64,000 bases of DNA from assembly GCA_947588645.1 (NCBI GenBank), contig CANPYO010000002.1:11864-75863 (forward strand), given 5' to 3'. Both the position numbers and the translations under genes were made by a program. The stretch is from an uncultured Akkermansia sp. (GTDB lineage: Bacteria; Verrucomicrobiota; Verrucomicrobiia; Verrucomicrobiales; Akkermansiaceae). Within the stretch, counting starts at the first letter, position 1, and every line of letters begins with the position of its first letter. Positions 49,899-60,333 of this stretch are shown here, one piece after another. The notes beneath the pieces are model-generated. The model did not search any database, was not told where the DNA came from, and saw only the letters and a list, made by a program, of their open reading frames with translations.

Positions 49899-52800
49899 AT
49901 GTCTTACGAACCTGAATTAACCTTTCTTGGCTGGGATGCCCCGGCTGTTCAATTGGTAGGAGACCGTTTACTTAAGCTCAACAGGGAAAATCCTGATGCG
50001 TTTCGGCGCGCCACCGTTGTGACCCTCACGGCTCCGAGCGCCAGACGTTTACGAGAATATGTGGCAGAGCAGGTGGCAGAGCCTGTTTTAATGCCGCGCA
50101 TCGTGCAGCCCGGGCGCTTGCTTCCGGAGGAAAAAAATACGGAGGAGGAAGAGCTCATCGCGTGGGTAAAGACGTTGCAAAATTTGTCCCCTCAGGCGTA
50201 CGCAACCCTGCTTGGCGAGCGGGAAGGGACTCTGAGTGACCGCCGCGCTCTCGGTACTGCCCGCCAACTGCTTCAGTTGCGCTCCCTTCTGGAACAGGAA
50301 ATTCAAACACCGGAAGAAATCTACCGAAAGCTCGAGCCGGATTCCGGCGACACCTCCTCAGATCAGTCGCTCTTCATGGGAGAAGAAAGTGAGCGCTGGA
50401 AGGAATTCGGTGAACTCTGTGCGGAAGTGGATCGGTTGTTGCCGCCGAGCGAAACCGTACCCCGGCAGCCGCGTCCGAAAGAGGAGAGCATGATTATCCT
50501 TGCAGCCTTGCCGGAACTGTCTGCTCGTTTGCGCAAGACGCTGGAGGACGTGCTGGCGGAGCGTCCCGGGCATGTGAAGGTTTGGGTGAACGCACCGGAG
50601 GAAGAACGAGTCCATTTCGACGTCTGGGGCATGCCTGTCACCGAACACTGGTCGGAGCGTCCCATCGACATCCCGGATGAGAGCATCCTCAAGCCTGCGG
50701 ACGACGCGCAGGATTTTGGTACTCGGGCAGTCCGAGAAGCCGGAGGCTGTCCCTCGGATGAAGTGGTGCTCGGTTTGTGCGATCCCTCGTTTTCTTCCGC
50801 CCTCTGCACGGCATTCGCACACGCGAAGGGAAACCGCTGGCGATTGCAACTCAGCGCCGGGCGCAAACTTACCACGATGGATGCTGCGCAGCTTCCGGCG
50901 CGTCTGCTCCACTACGTTGAAACAGCCAAGCAACTTCCCCTCTCCAAGGAGAGTTCGAGTCCGCTGGACATCGCCGACTCGGAGTATGTTTTTGCCTTCA
51001 TCGATCTCCTGCGCACGGGTGTCCTTCTCCGCAACACCCCCGCCGAGGGAGCGATGGACGCCACGCTCGATGAAGTGATTTCGAAGAATCTCCCGGGATC
51101 GGTCCAACGATTCCTCGACCTCCTGCGCAAGAAAAATGTGGACTGCTTCCGTCGCGCCCGGCAGTTGTACGATCTTGCGCAAAAGTGTCTCGCCCCCTCC
51201 ACGCTCCCCGAAGCCTTGACTGAGTTTGCTGACATCATCGAGGGATCCTGCCCCGAGCCCTCTCCCGACACGCTTCTCATCTCGACCGCCCTGCGCGAAG
51301 CCGTGCAGGTGTGCGCCGCACCCGACATCACCCCCGAACTCACGCTCCTGATGCTCCAGCAGCGCTTCGAAAACGCCACTTGTCGTCCCGGTCAACTGGA
51401 CGAAAATGAAGAACCGACCGTGGAGACCGTTGACTGGATCGAGCTGCCGTACACGCGCGGAAAGCGACTTCTCCTGCTGGGACTGCACGAAGGCTGCGTG
51501 CCGGAGGCGGGCGGCAATGTGGGCTTCCTCACGGAAAAGCTCAAGGAGCTCGCGGGTCTGCCCTCGCAAAATTCCCGCAGCGCGCGGGACGCCTTTCTGC
51601 TCACCGCCCTTCTGAGGAGTCGAGGAGCGGTGGAAAATGTGCGCATTCTCACAGCCCGTCAGGGAACGGATGAGACACCCATTGCGCCCTCGCCCCTTCT
51701 CCTTCGCTTCCCTGAAGACCGTGCCGATGACCTCGTTAAGCGCGTGCAAAAGCTCTTCAGCGATCCCGGGGAAGCTAAGGAACCGGAAGTCTATGAGCAA
51801 TTCCGATTGCTTCGGCAAACGGCTTCCTCCCCCGTCCCGGTGCAGACGACAGAAGGGAATGAGGAAGAGTACCCCATGGAAAGCATTGAGCTGATTGCCC
51901 AAGGTAAGCCGAATCCGTTTTCGCTCGACACCCCTTTCTCCCCCACGCTCATCAAGGATTTCCTGACCTGTCCTCTGCGCTTCTGGCTGAATAAACTCCA
52001 CGGCATCTCTCCCTCCGACGCCTACAAGGACAGCACACGTGAACTCCAGGCGAACACTTACGGTACCATTCTGCACCGTATCCTCAGGCAACTGGTCGAG
52101 CGTTACCCGAAGCTCCCGCCGGGGGGCGAAACTGACAGCCTGAACCGTGAAATTAACGAGTATGCGCGGGAACTCCTGCAGCAGGAATTCAGCGCCTACG
52201 CTGCCGATCGAAGGGACTCGCTGCCCGTTTTCCTGCAGAATCAGCGCGAAACCATGGGCGAGAGCCTCAAGCTCTATGTTGACCGCCACGTGAAAGATCT
52301 GTGCGAGGGCTGGCGCTGTGAGCATCTGGAATGGACGGTGAACCCCGATCTCGATCTACCGGACGGATCGCTCGCTCACCTCAAAATGACCATCGACCGC
52401 GTGGATTACAATCCCGATAAAAACACCTACCGCATCATTGATTACAAGACAAGTGGCTCGCCGCCAAAGGATAAGCATTTGGTCTCCACTCAAGAAGATC
52501 TATTCAAAGAAAGGATGAAAAATTTCCCTCTGTATCTCGGAGGGGAAGGCGCAGTAAAACGTTGGGGAGAAGTGCAACTCCCGCTGTATGCACACGCGCT
52601 CAGGCAGCTTAAGAAGCTCGGTACCACCTTGCCGGAACTTGCTTATTATAACCTTCCGCGCGGCAAAAATGTCGAGTATAATACCTTCAAATTTACAAAG
52701 AAAGAAATACCGGAAAATGTCATTGAAGATGGAATAGAAACCGCTAGGCAGGCGATCGACCTTATTCGTCGCGGACTCTGCCTGTACTCCCGTGAAGACT

Positions 52801-52901
52801 TCGGCGAAACACCCTATGATTCAACCAGAGATTTCCTTTCCTTCGGCACTCCCGCTATCGACGATCATCTGCGCGACGTTTGCGGTCTTTCTTCCAAATA
52901 A
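49899..52901 (+). CDS. addB: AddB-like subunit with a C-terminal PD-(D/E)XK nuclease
   Basis: SPTLIKDFLTCPLRF, YGTILH, IDRVD, IIDYKT and VQLPLY; inactive helicase-like body; directly upstream of addA. Confidence 0.75.
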   Translation: MSYEPELTFLGWDAPAVQLVGDRLLKLNRENPDAFRRATVVTLTAPSARRLREYVAEQVAEPVLMPRIVQPGRLLPEEKNTEEEELIAWVKTLQNLSPQAYATLLGEREGTLSDRRALGTARQLLQLRSLLEQEIQTPEEIYRKLEPDSGDTSSDQSLFMGEESERWKEFGELCAEVDRLLPPSETVPRQPRPKEESMIILAALPELSARLRKTLEDVLAERPGHVKVWVNAPEEERVHFDVWGMPVTEHWSERPIDIPDESILKPADDAQDFGTRAVREAGGCPSDEVVLGLCDPSFSSALCTAFAHAKGNRWRLQLSAGRKLTTMDAAQLPARLLHYVETAKQLPLSKESSSPLDIADSEYVFAFIDLLRTGVLLRNTPAEGAMDATLDEVISKNLPGSVQRFLDLLRKKNVDCFRRARQLYDLAQKCLAPSTLPEALTEFADIIEGSCPEPSPDTLLISTALREAVQVCAAPDITPELTLLMLQQRFENATCRPGQLDENEEPTVETVDWIELPYTRGKRLLLLGLHEGCVPEAGGNVGFLTEKLKELAGLPSQNSRSARDAFLLTALLRSRGAVENVRILTARQGTDETPIAPSPLLLRFPEDRADDLVKRVQKLFSDPGEAKEPEVYEQFRLLRQTASSPVPVQTTEGNEEEYPMESIELIAQGKPNPFSLDTPFSPTLIKDFLTCPLRFWLNKLHGISPSDAYKDSTRELQANTYGTILHRILRQLVERYPKLPPGGETDSLNREINEYARELLQQEFSAYAADRRDSLPVFLQNQRETMGESLKLYVDRHVKDLCEGWRCEHLEWTVNPDLDLPDGSLAHLKMTIDRVDYNPDKNTYRIIDYKTSGSPPKDKHLVSTQEDLFKERMKNFPLYLGGEGAVKRWGEVQLPLYAHALRQLKKLGTTLPELAYYNLPRGKNVEYNTFKFTKKEIPENVIEDGIETARQAIDLIRRGLCLYSREDFGETPYDSTRDFLSFGTPAIDDHLRDVCGLSSK

Positions 52902-52919
52902 CCCTTCAAATTTTCAACT

Positions 52920-55900
52920 ATGTCTGCACTTGTTACAGGATGTTCCATTGCCGCCTCTGCCGGCACCGGTAAGACTTACCAGCTCACCTCGCGCTACCTC
53001 GCCCTGCTCACGCTCGGGGCGCCTATCTCCTCACTCGTTGCCCTCACCTTCACCCGAAAAGCGGCCGGAGAATTCCGTCGGCGCATTTTTCAAGCCTTGG
53101 CGGAGGGCGCCGAAGATAAACGGGAGGGAGGACGCAATGTCCTCACCGCCCGCATTTGGGCTACCTGGACGGATGAGGAAGCCCCCCTCTACCCAGCGGC
53201 TATTCCTTACGTCCTGAGGGCGGAAAAGGAAAACTGCTTCCCGGAGGAGCTCCCCGACTTGCCCGAAATTCTGCACCTGAATCAGGAAAAGTACCGAAGC
53301 CTCCTGCGGGAACTCGTTACCGCCGGTTCCAAGCTCCGACTTTCCACCCTCGATAGTTTCTTCAACACCCTGCTGCGTACGCAAGCCTTGTCACTTGGCG
53401 TTGCTGGAATGACGACCATTTCGGACGAGGATCTCAAGCAGGCGCAAGAGAGAGCGCTCCTCGCCACCATTTCCCGACTCGACAGCGAAACCGTCGTCAA
53501 ATTCCTCCGAAGCTTCCGATGCAAAGGTAAAGACATCCTGCAGACTCTTGATGACTTGATCTATAAATACGGGGATAAGCTGCGTGAACGTCATGCCGAC
53601 GGCAGCACCTACGCAGCTCCTTTTAATCTGGAGGATTTGTCAGAGGAATCTGAGCTGGATCCCGTGGAGTTTAGGCGTGAGATTCAAGAAATGCGGGATT
53701 TGTTCCAAGCCCTTACCGGTGGTGATAATAAGCCTTTCATCAATGGGAGTTGTAAAATCAAGGCGGCTCTTGCCAACTTGGAGAAAGGCAAACATCACGA
53801 TCTTATGGACAAGGGGGAGCTATGGAAAGACAGCCCCGAAGCGCAGGCATACCGCGCCAAATTCATGGAATTGGTAAGAAAATGGAAAACGGAGATCCTG
53901 CGTGACGTCCAGGTCAAAACGCGCGACTTCATCATTTTCCTGCACTTGTACCTTGAAAACTACCAGAAAATCATCTCCGAGTCCGGACAGTTCAGTTTTG
54001 CGGATATCACGCATCTTGCGATGCAAATCCTGGGAGATGAAAAAACGCCTAGTCGTCTGGCGTACCTGCTGGATGGTCGGGTCGACCACTGGTTGCTGGA
54101 CGAATTCCAGGACACCTCCCCCATCCAGTGGAAAACGCTCTTCCCCCTGCTTAACGAGATAGCCTGCGACCACGAAGAGTTCGAGGACACGCAGCGGGAC
54201 ACCCCTCGTATGTTGCCCATCTCAGAGCGCAGCCTTTTCGTTGTGGGTGATGAAAAGCAGAGCATCTACGGTTTCCGAGGCACGACGCCCGAATTCTTCC
54301 GGGAAATCCGCAACGAAACACCGTGGAAGGAATCGATGCTCCCTCGCCGACTCACACAAAGCCGCAGGTCCGCTCCCTGCATCATGGATTTTGTCAACGA
54401 ACTCTTTGCTGCCATACCCCCCTTGTCCGAGGAAGAAAAGGAGCAATACGGGGGCCACAGCAGCGCCCCCAACCTGAGGGAGAAAAAAGGCTACGTGAAG
54501 ATTTCCCATTTTTCCGAAGGAGTTAACGCCATGGTGCACGAGCACATCGTCCCTATCCTCAATAAGCTCACTGTCAATGGTGCTCCTCTTCCGGGAAGAA
54601 GCATCGCCATTATCACACGGGATAATAAAAGCTGCGTGCAAATTGCCACGGCCTTGGAGGAACTCCATTTCCGCTTGCAGGTCATGTCGGATACCAGTCT
54701 CGCCGTTACTTCGACGTTTGGGCAATTGCTTCTTGCCTTTTTCCGCTGGATGCTTCATCCCGGCAGCGAACACGAGAAGTCCATGCTGAAGGTTTCCCCT
54801 CTGCACATGCTCCTCGAGGAATCCCCCTTCCCCGACAGTGCCCCATCAGCGGAAGGAACTTTCCTGGCATGGCGACGGCTGATTGACGAGGAAGGCTATG
54901 CCGCCGCCATTCGAGCGATCCTCCGACTGGTCGGTACGATAGCGGAAATGGAGAAGATGCAGGATTCCCAGATAATTCGGGAGTGGGAGACTTTGGCTCT
55001 CGAGTTCGACAAGCGAGGGGGTAGTCTCAAAGACTGGATTTCTTTCGTCAGCAATTTTAAGCCGAGCTCCTCCGATGTCCCGAGTTCCATCCAGCTCCTC
55101 ACCATACACAAGAGCAAGGGCATGGAGTTTGATGCCGTTATCTTACCCTTTGCCGGATCAAAGAAGATAGATGATACAAGCCACATGGATCACTTCGCCA
55201 CGGAGGATTCCAAGGGCTTTCTCTTCTCGGTGAGCAACGGGGAAAAACGAAAAGCCTGGCCCACCATCGAGAGACTGACGAAGGATTGGCAAGACAAGCA
55301 AATCAGCGAATCAATGCGGTTGCTCTACGTGGCTATCACACGTGCTCGCTTCGCCGTGTACCTCTTGCTGAATGGGGACGCCGCTTCCAATTCATTCTCA
55401 GAAATCATTGATGCTGCTAAACCGTACAATGAGATCGGCGATCCCGAGTGGTACCTTCAGCCCACCAAGGACAGCAGCGGTGGCGCCGGCAACAAGGCGT
55501 CCCAAGAAGCGGATGACAAATCTCCCAAACCGCTGGAGAAGCCCACGGCTCGTCGGCGCGTCATACGTCCCTCGCAGCTGGAACCGCAGGGACAGGTCGC
55601 CGCAGACGCCCAAGCAACTGTCGGCGATGCCTCCTCCACCGTGCGCATGATACAGAGCGGAAGAGAAGCCGCCGCCTACGGTACGGCCGTCCATGCCCTG
55701 TGGGAGCAAATCGGTTGGACCTCCTCCCCGCAGGATTTCCCCGCATGGGTTCATTCTCCGCAGGGGGAGGAGCAGCAGGTCGTTGCCCGCGCCTTGCAGC
55801 GGGATGATATTCGCGCCATCCTCAGCTGTCCCGACGGAGAGCGCTGGCAGCTCTACCGCGAGCAATCCTTTGTTTTTGCGGTGCAAGGTAAGGCGGAGCT

Positions 55901-56183
55901 GGTCTCCGGCACATTCGACCGCGTGCATGTGCGGACCGATGACGCCGGGAAGCCGCAGGAAGCCCTCATTATCGACTACAAGACTGACCGCGTCACCGCC
56001 GGCGACGATGCAGAATACGCCGCCCTGCGCGCGCGCCATGCTCCGCAGATGCGCGCCTACCGTCGCTATCTTGCGGAATCATTGCATCTGGATGAGGCCG
56101 CCGTGCGTGTGGCGCTGATCTCAGTGCCGCGTGGCGGAGGTGAGGCAAGCGTGCAGCTCTACTCCGCAACGGAGTTAAAATGA
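52920..56183 (+). CDS. addA: AddA-like UvrD helicase with a C-terminal nuclease
   Basis: ASAGTGKT, LTFTRKAAGE, LDEFQDT, VGDEKQSIYGFRG, TIHKSKGMEF, YVAITRA, FDRV and IIDYKT. Confidence 0.85.
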   Translation: MSALVTGCSIAASAGTGKTYQLTSRYLALLTLGAPISSLVALTFTRKAAGEFRRRIFQALAEGAEDKREGGRNVLTARIWATWTDEEAPLYPAAIPYVLRAEKENCFPEELPDLPEILHLNQEKYRSLLRELVTAGSKLRLSTLDSFFNTLLRTQALSLGVAGMTTISDEDLKQAQERALLATISRLDSETVVKFLRSFRCKGKDILQTLDDLIYKYGDKLRERHADGSTYAAPFNLEDLSEESELDPVEFRREIQEMRDLFQALTGGDNKPFINGSCKIKAALANLEKGKHHDLMDKGELWKDSPEAQAYRAKFMELVRKWKTEILRDVQVKTRDFIIFLHLYLENYQKIISESGQFSFADITHLAMQILGDEKTPSRLAYLLDGRVDHWLLDEFQDTSPIQWKTLFPLLNEIACDHEEFEDTQRDTPRMLPISERSLFVVGDEKQSIYGFRGTTPEFFREIRNETPWKESMLPRRLTQSRRSAPCIMDFVNELFAAIPPLSEEEKEQYGGHSSAPNLREKKGYVKISHFSEGVNAMVHEHIVPILNKLTVNGAPLPGRSIAIITRDNKSCVQIATALEELHFRLQVMSDTSLAVTSTFGQLLLAFFRWMLHPGSEHEKSMLKVSPLHMLLEESPFPDSAPSAEGTFLAWRRLIDEEGYAAAIRAILRLVGTIAEMEKMQDSQIIREWETLALEFDKRGGSLKDWISFVSNFKPSSSDVPSSIQLLTIHKSKGMEFDAVILPFAGSKKIDDTSHMDHFATEDSKGFLFSVSNGEKRKAWPTIERLTKDWQDKQISESMRLLYVAITRARFAVYLLLNGDAASNSFSEIIDAAKPYNEIGDPEWYLQPTKDSSGGAGNKASQEADDKSPKPLEKPTARRRVIRPSQLEPQGQVAADAQATVGDASSTVRMIQSGREAAAYGTAVHALWEQIGWTSSPQDFPAWVHSPQGEEQQVVARALQRDDIRAILSCPDGERWQLYREQSFVFAVQGKAELVSGTFDRVHVRTDDAGKPQEALIIDYKTDRVTAGDDAEYAALRARHAPQMRAYRRYLAESLHLDEAAVRVALISVPRGGGEASVQLYSATELK

Positions 56184-56446
56184 GGACGATTTCGCTTCAT
56201 TTCCTCGGGAGCTGAGTTCAGTTTACCCCTTGGGCAAACTGCATGCGAATGAAGTGGGGAAGAAAACTCTCCAGGCAGTTGATTTCGTCTATTTCTGGAC
56301 ACGAATTTTCAAAATCGTAAGTGGGTGCCGACAGGCGTTACCGCCGCTTTGTAAATATGTCCGATGGTCGCGTTCTCGATTCAGTTTCCGCGTCTGCTTT
56401 GCGAAATTCGCGCGCAAGCGCGGGAGCTTCCCAAATCATAAATGGG

Positions 56447-56691
56447 CAGGGCAAACGCATTAGAAAATGCGTTTGCCTATGTACGATTTACGATGTACGA
56501 TTTATTGATAACGTGCGCGTTGCGCAGATATGTTCTGGACGGCAGATGTACTCAAAAACAAGAAAGGAACAACTTCATTTGCATCGCAGAGTGCGCTGCC
56601 ATTGCGGTTTTCGTATTCGAAAACAGACACGTGATCAAACGTTTGGAGAGTTTTCTCTGCTTTTCCATTTCATACAAATGCGTTTGCCCCG
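56447..56691 (+). mobile_element. MITE, 245 bp, ISAs1-like ends (interior type Z)
   Basis: Ends CAGGGCAAACGCATT and AATGCGTTTGCCCCG; direct repeat CATAAATGGG at 56437-56446 and 56692-56701. Confidence 0.88.
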
Positions 56692-56709
56692 CATAAATGG
56701 GCAATCTCC

Positions 56710-56738
56710 TTGACAAGGAAGAGGGGGAATGGTAGGCT
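56710..56738 (+). promoter_or_regulatory. Promoter of the aas-like gene, probably leaderless
   Basis: TTGACA-17 nt-TAGGCT with TGG extension; ATG 6 nt after the -10 box. Confidence 0.7.
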
Positions 56739-56744
56739 TGCAGC

Positions 56745-58925
56745 ATGTCACAGGTTCGCGTGTATGGCAGAGAAAATCTGCCGAGGCAAGCTTCGCTTTT
56801 TTTGCCCAATCGGATTGATGAGGCGACGCGCGAGGCGTTGGAGGCGGAGCTGGGCGGGGCGGCAAAGGTGATGTATGTTGTGGAGGAAGAATTGCAGCCG
56901 GATCCGGGCATCATGGAGAAGGTGGGTGCGGAGCGAATCGTGAAATTCCGCTTTAGGACGAGTAAAAGCCGCGAATTGCGCGAGCTGTTGATGGAACATT
57001 TGGCTGCCGGACGACATATCGTGTTTATGCCGGGGAGACCTGCGCAGGTCATGGGGTGTCTGTCGGATGTTCCCAAGCCATTTTTGATGCAACTGGGAGC
57101 GCTGCATATTTCACCGGTGCCGGTATTTACGGGATTTTACCGCAAGAGCATATGGTCGGCCTGCACCACAGATCCTCTTCACGATTGGGGAGTCCTGCAC
57201 ATCATGCCAAAATTGACTCCTGGACCGCAGAGTGGGGAACGCACGCTGGAGGCGTGGTTAAAGGCATCGGCAGAGGCGTTTGAACGGCACCCCATGCTGG
57301 AGGTCTCTCTTGGTCGTTTACTGGTTGAGGGATTTAAGCGCAACTCGCATTCTGAACTCATAGATGGAATGGATGGATCGAAGCTTGGGTACGTGAAGTT
57401 GCTTGGGGTTGCTTTGGCGTTGGCCAAAGAGCTGAAGAGGCGAGTGAAGGAACCCCGTCTCGGTATCATTTTGCCGCCGGGCAAGGGGGGAATGATTGCT
57501 AACTTTGCCTGTATTTTTGCCGGTATTGTTCCGGTGAATATCAACTACACGTCGTCGGAGTCAGCTATGCACAGCATTGTGCAACAGAGCGGGATACAAC
57601 ATTTTATCACCGCGCGCGCTTTCATCAACAAACTGCCGCACTTTCCCTGGCCGGCGGAGGAGACACTGCTGCATCTTGATGCATTGCTCAAGGGAATCGG
57701 GCTCACACGCATAGCGGCATGGGTAGCTTTTGCGAGGGTGACCCCGGCATCGCTTATCGTGCGCGCCTTCAAGTTGGATGCGCGCCATGGCGATGATGAG
57801 GCCGCACTCATTTTCACGTCCGGATCCTCTGGTGAACCGAAAGGCGTACCCTTTACGCACCGCATGATCATCGCTAACATGTGTCAGCTGCTCAGCAAGG
57901 TGTACCTGCCGCCGGGCAGTCGTTTTTTGTGCAGCTTGCCCATCTTCCACAGCTTCGGACTCACAGTGTGCACCATGTTGCCTGCGGTGTACGGCTTCAG
58001 TATGGTGACATATCCCTCGCCGCTGGAAGCGAAGACGCTCAACGAGCTCATCGAAAACTACAAATGCGTACTTGTGCTGACCACTCCCACTTTTGCGAGA
58101 GCCATGCTGCGCCGCGCCAATCCAGACTGTTACCGCAGCGTACGCTATTTTATCGTGGGGGCAGAAAAGTTGCCGCGGGATTTAGCGGGAGAATTCGAAG
58201 CTCGCTGCAGGGTGCACTTGTTGGAGGGGTATGGGCTGACTGAGACCGCGCCGGTATGCTGCGTGAATTTGCCGGATGCGCCTCCATCTCCTACCAGTCC
58301 TTATTACGTGCCGGCGGATTGCGAAGGCTCCGTGGGGCAGGTGCTGCCGGGACTCGCCGTACGCATCACGGATCCTGATGACGACAGCCGCGTGCTCCCG
58401 CTTACCGAACAGGGGATGATCTGGCTGAAGGGGGCGAATGTCTTTCAGGGCTACATTGGTTCCGAAAAGCTTAACGAGGGGCTTTTCCGCGATGGATGGT
58501 TCAAGACGGGTGACTTGGGCAGTGTGGATCTTAACGCCTTCTTGAGCTTGGGTGGACGTCGCTCGAGGTTTTCCAAAATCGGAGGTGAAATGGTGCCGCA
58601 CGAATTGGTGGAGGCCGCTATTGAACAATTTGTGCAGCGTCCGGGCGACTTTCCTCAGGATGAACGGATTGTGTGCATTGTTGGTGTACCGGATGCCCAG
58701 AAGGGGGAGGCCTTGGTTTTGCTTTCCTGCATACATGGTGGAAATTTGGTGCAAGCGCTGGATGCCATCCGCACGCACCTCGTCTCGGCGGGGATACCTC
58801 GGCTATGGTGCCCTCGCGAAATTATTCCGGTTGAGGTTATCCCGATGCTCCCCACCGGAAAGTTGGATTTACGCGGGTGTAATATGCTGGCGCAGGAAGC
58901 TCTGGGCATGACAAGCCCCGGTTAA
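56745..58925 (+). CDS. Aas-like protein: degenerate acyltransferase domain plus acyl-ACP synthetase (AMP-binding)
   Basis: IFTSGSSGEPKG, EGYGLTE, WFKTGDLG and RFSKIGGEMV motifs. Confidence 0.85.
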   Translation: MSQVRVYGRENLPRQASLFLPNRIDEATREALEAELGGAAKVMYVVEEELQPDPGIMEKVGAERIVKFRFRTSKSRELRELLMEHLAAGRHIVFMPGRPAQVMGCLSDVPKPFLMQLGALHISPVPVFTGFYRKSIWSACTTDPLHDWGVLHIMPKLTPGPQSGERTLEAWLKASAEAFERHPMLEVSLGRLLVEGFKRNSHSELIDGMDGSKLGYVKLLGVALALAKELKRRVKEPRLGIILPPGKGGMIANFACIFAGIVPVNINYTSSESAMHSIVQQSGIQHFITARAFINKLPHFPWPAEETLLHLDALLKGIGLTRIAAWVAFARVTPASLIVRAFKLDARHGDDEAALIFTSGSSGEPKGVPFTHRMIIANMCQLLSKVYLPPGSRFLCSLPIFHSFGLTVCTMLPAVYGFSMVTYPSPLEAKTLNELIENYKCVLVLTTPTFARAMLRRANPDCYRSVRYFIVGAEKLPRDLAGEFEARCRVHLLEGYGLTETAPVCCVNLPDAPPSPTSPYYVPADCEGSVGQVLPGLAVRITDPDDDSRVLPLTEQGMIWLKGANVFQGYIGSEKLNEGLFRDGWFKTGDLGSVDLNAFLSLGGRRSRFSKIGGEMVPHELVEAAIEQFVQRPGDFPQDERIVCIVGVPDAQKGEALVLLSCIHGGNLVQALDAIRTHLVSAGIPRLWCPREIIPVEVIPMLPTGKLDLRGCNMLAQEALGMTSPG

Positions 58926-58939
58926 GCTCGTGCGCAAGC

Positions 58940-60313
58940 TCAAAGCTGCATTTTCCCCGGGTTAAGGATATTTTGGGGGTCAAGGGCATGCTTGAGAGCA
59001 TGGTGAAGTTCCATGGCGACGGAACCGATGGCGCTGGGGAACCAGGTCGCCTTTGCCAGACCAATACCGTGCTCACCCGTGATGCTGCCACCATGGGAAA
59101 GAACCCAGGCGAAGAGCAGATGCAACAAGGCGTCTGCTTGGGAACGCATTTCCTCCCCCTGTGCGTCACGTGGCACCATGATGTTGGTATGAATGTTGCC
59201 ATCTCCTGCGTGGCCAAAGCAGGCAATAGGGATGGAATTTTCCTGTTGCAAGTCGGAGCAGTACTGCACAAAGTCCGCAAGTTGAGAACGAGGGATGACG
59301 ACATCCTCGTTTAGTTTGGTAAGTCCGGTTGCTTTCAGACTCTCCGAGAAACCGCGGCGCAGCTGCCAGAGAGCCTCTACATCATCCTTGTTGAGCGCTG
59401 CTTGCGTATGAGTGGCCCCTAAATCGGACAGCAACAGGGAGAGCTGCTTCACTTCCGCAACGACTGCGTCAGCGGAGCCATCTACCTCCAGTAGCATGTG
59501 CCCGCGAGCATCTGACGGGATGGCATCGCCCATGTGTTTTCGCGCCGCCTGCAGAGTGAAAGCGTCGGCAATTTCAAGTGCGCACGGGAGATGTCCCGCC
59601 TGTAACACGGCCTGCACCGCTTCAGCTGCCGCAGAAAATTCCGGGAAGGTAGCCTGCAACGCCGCCCGCGCAGGGGGATCGGGAATAATACGTAAAATCG
59701 CCTGTGTGATCACGCCGAGCATACCCTCGCTTCCGCAGAAGAGTCCGACGAGGTCGAACCCCTGCTTATTTTTATGGGTGCGTCCGCCGCAGGTGAGAAC
59801 CCGTCCGTCCGGCAGGACGACCGTGAGCCCCAGCACATAGGCGCGTGTGACGCCGTATTTCAGGCAGCGCGGACCTCCTGCATTCGTAGAGATATTGCCG
59901 CCGATGGTGGAGTCCTTGCGCGAAGCAGGATCCGGCGGGTAGAACCAACCGAGTCGGGCACAGGCATCTTGCAACTCCGCGGTGTGCACCCCAGGCTGTA
60001 CAACGGCCACTCCATCCTGCGGGTTCACTTCAAGGATCCGATTCATGCGATCGGTAGAGATGACGATACCTCCGCGGACAGGTACACAGCCCCCCACATA
60101 GCCCACACCTCCGCCTCGGGCGGTGACAGGTATGGCGTGCTGCGAGGCAAACCGCATGATACGTGCCACCTCTTCCGTACTCGTTGGAAAGGCCACGGCA
60201 TCCGGTGTGGCGCTGGCGAACCATTTGTCGCCGGAATTGGCACGGCGAGTGGTTTCATCTGTGCAGATCAATTGACCGAGTACGTTCTGAATATCGGGAG
60301 GTAAATTGCTCAT
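58940..60313 (-). CDS. FAD-linked oxidase, GlcD/D-lactate dehydrogenase family
   Basis: ARGGGVGYVGG, YPPDPAS...TIGGNISTNAGG, GSEGMLGVIT, GHAGDGNIH and GEHGIG motifs. Confidence 0.9.
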   Translation of the reverse strand: MSNLPPDIQNVLGQLICTDETTRRANSGDKWFASATPDAVAFPTSTEEVARIMRFASQHAIPVTARGGGVGYVGGCVPVRGGIVISTDRMNRILEVNPQDGVAVVQPGVHTAELQDACARLGWFYPPDPASRKDSTIGGNISTNAGGPRCLKYGVTRAYVLGLTVVLPDGRVLTCGGRTHKNKQGFDLVGLFCGSEGMLGVITQAILRIIPDPPARAALQATFPEFSAAAEAVQAVLQAGHLPCALEIADAFTLQAARKHMGDAIPSDARGHMLLEVDGSADAVVAEVKQLSLLLSDLGATHTQAALNKDDVEALWQLRRGFSESLKATGLTKLNEDVVIPRSQLADFVQYCSDLQQENSIPIACFGHAGDGNIHTNIMVPRDAQGEEMRSQADALLHLLFAWVLSHGGSITGEHGIGLAKATWFPSAIGSVAMELHHALKHALDPQNILNPGKMQL

Positions 60314-60333
60314 CGTGTAAAGTAGACTGTTGT

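Noticed and set aside
50358-52325. Long antisense ORFs (655 aa here; also 3873-4868, 7021-8067, 10394-11512, 20699-22099, 43634-44794)
   Set aside because: They are shadow frames of well-supported genes in GC-rich DNA, with no motifs.
56442-56696. Open 84-91 aa frames inside the Z-type MITEs (also 15958-16233)
   Set aside because: The two copies are near-identical, so shared openness is uninformative; the frame is stopped early in the 8070 copy; no transposase motifs.
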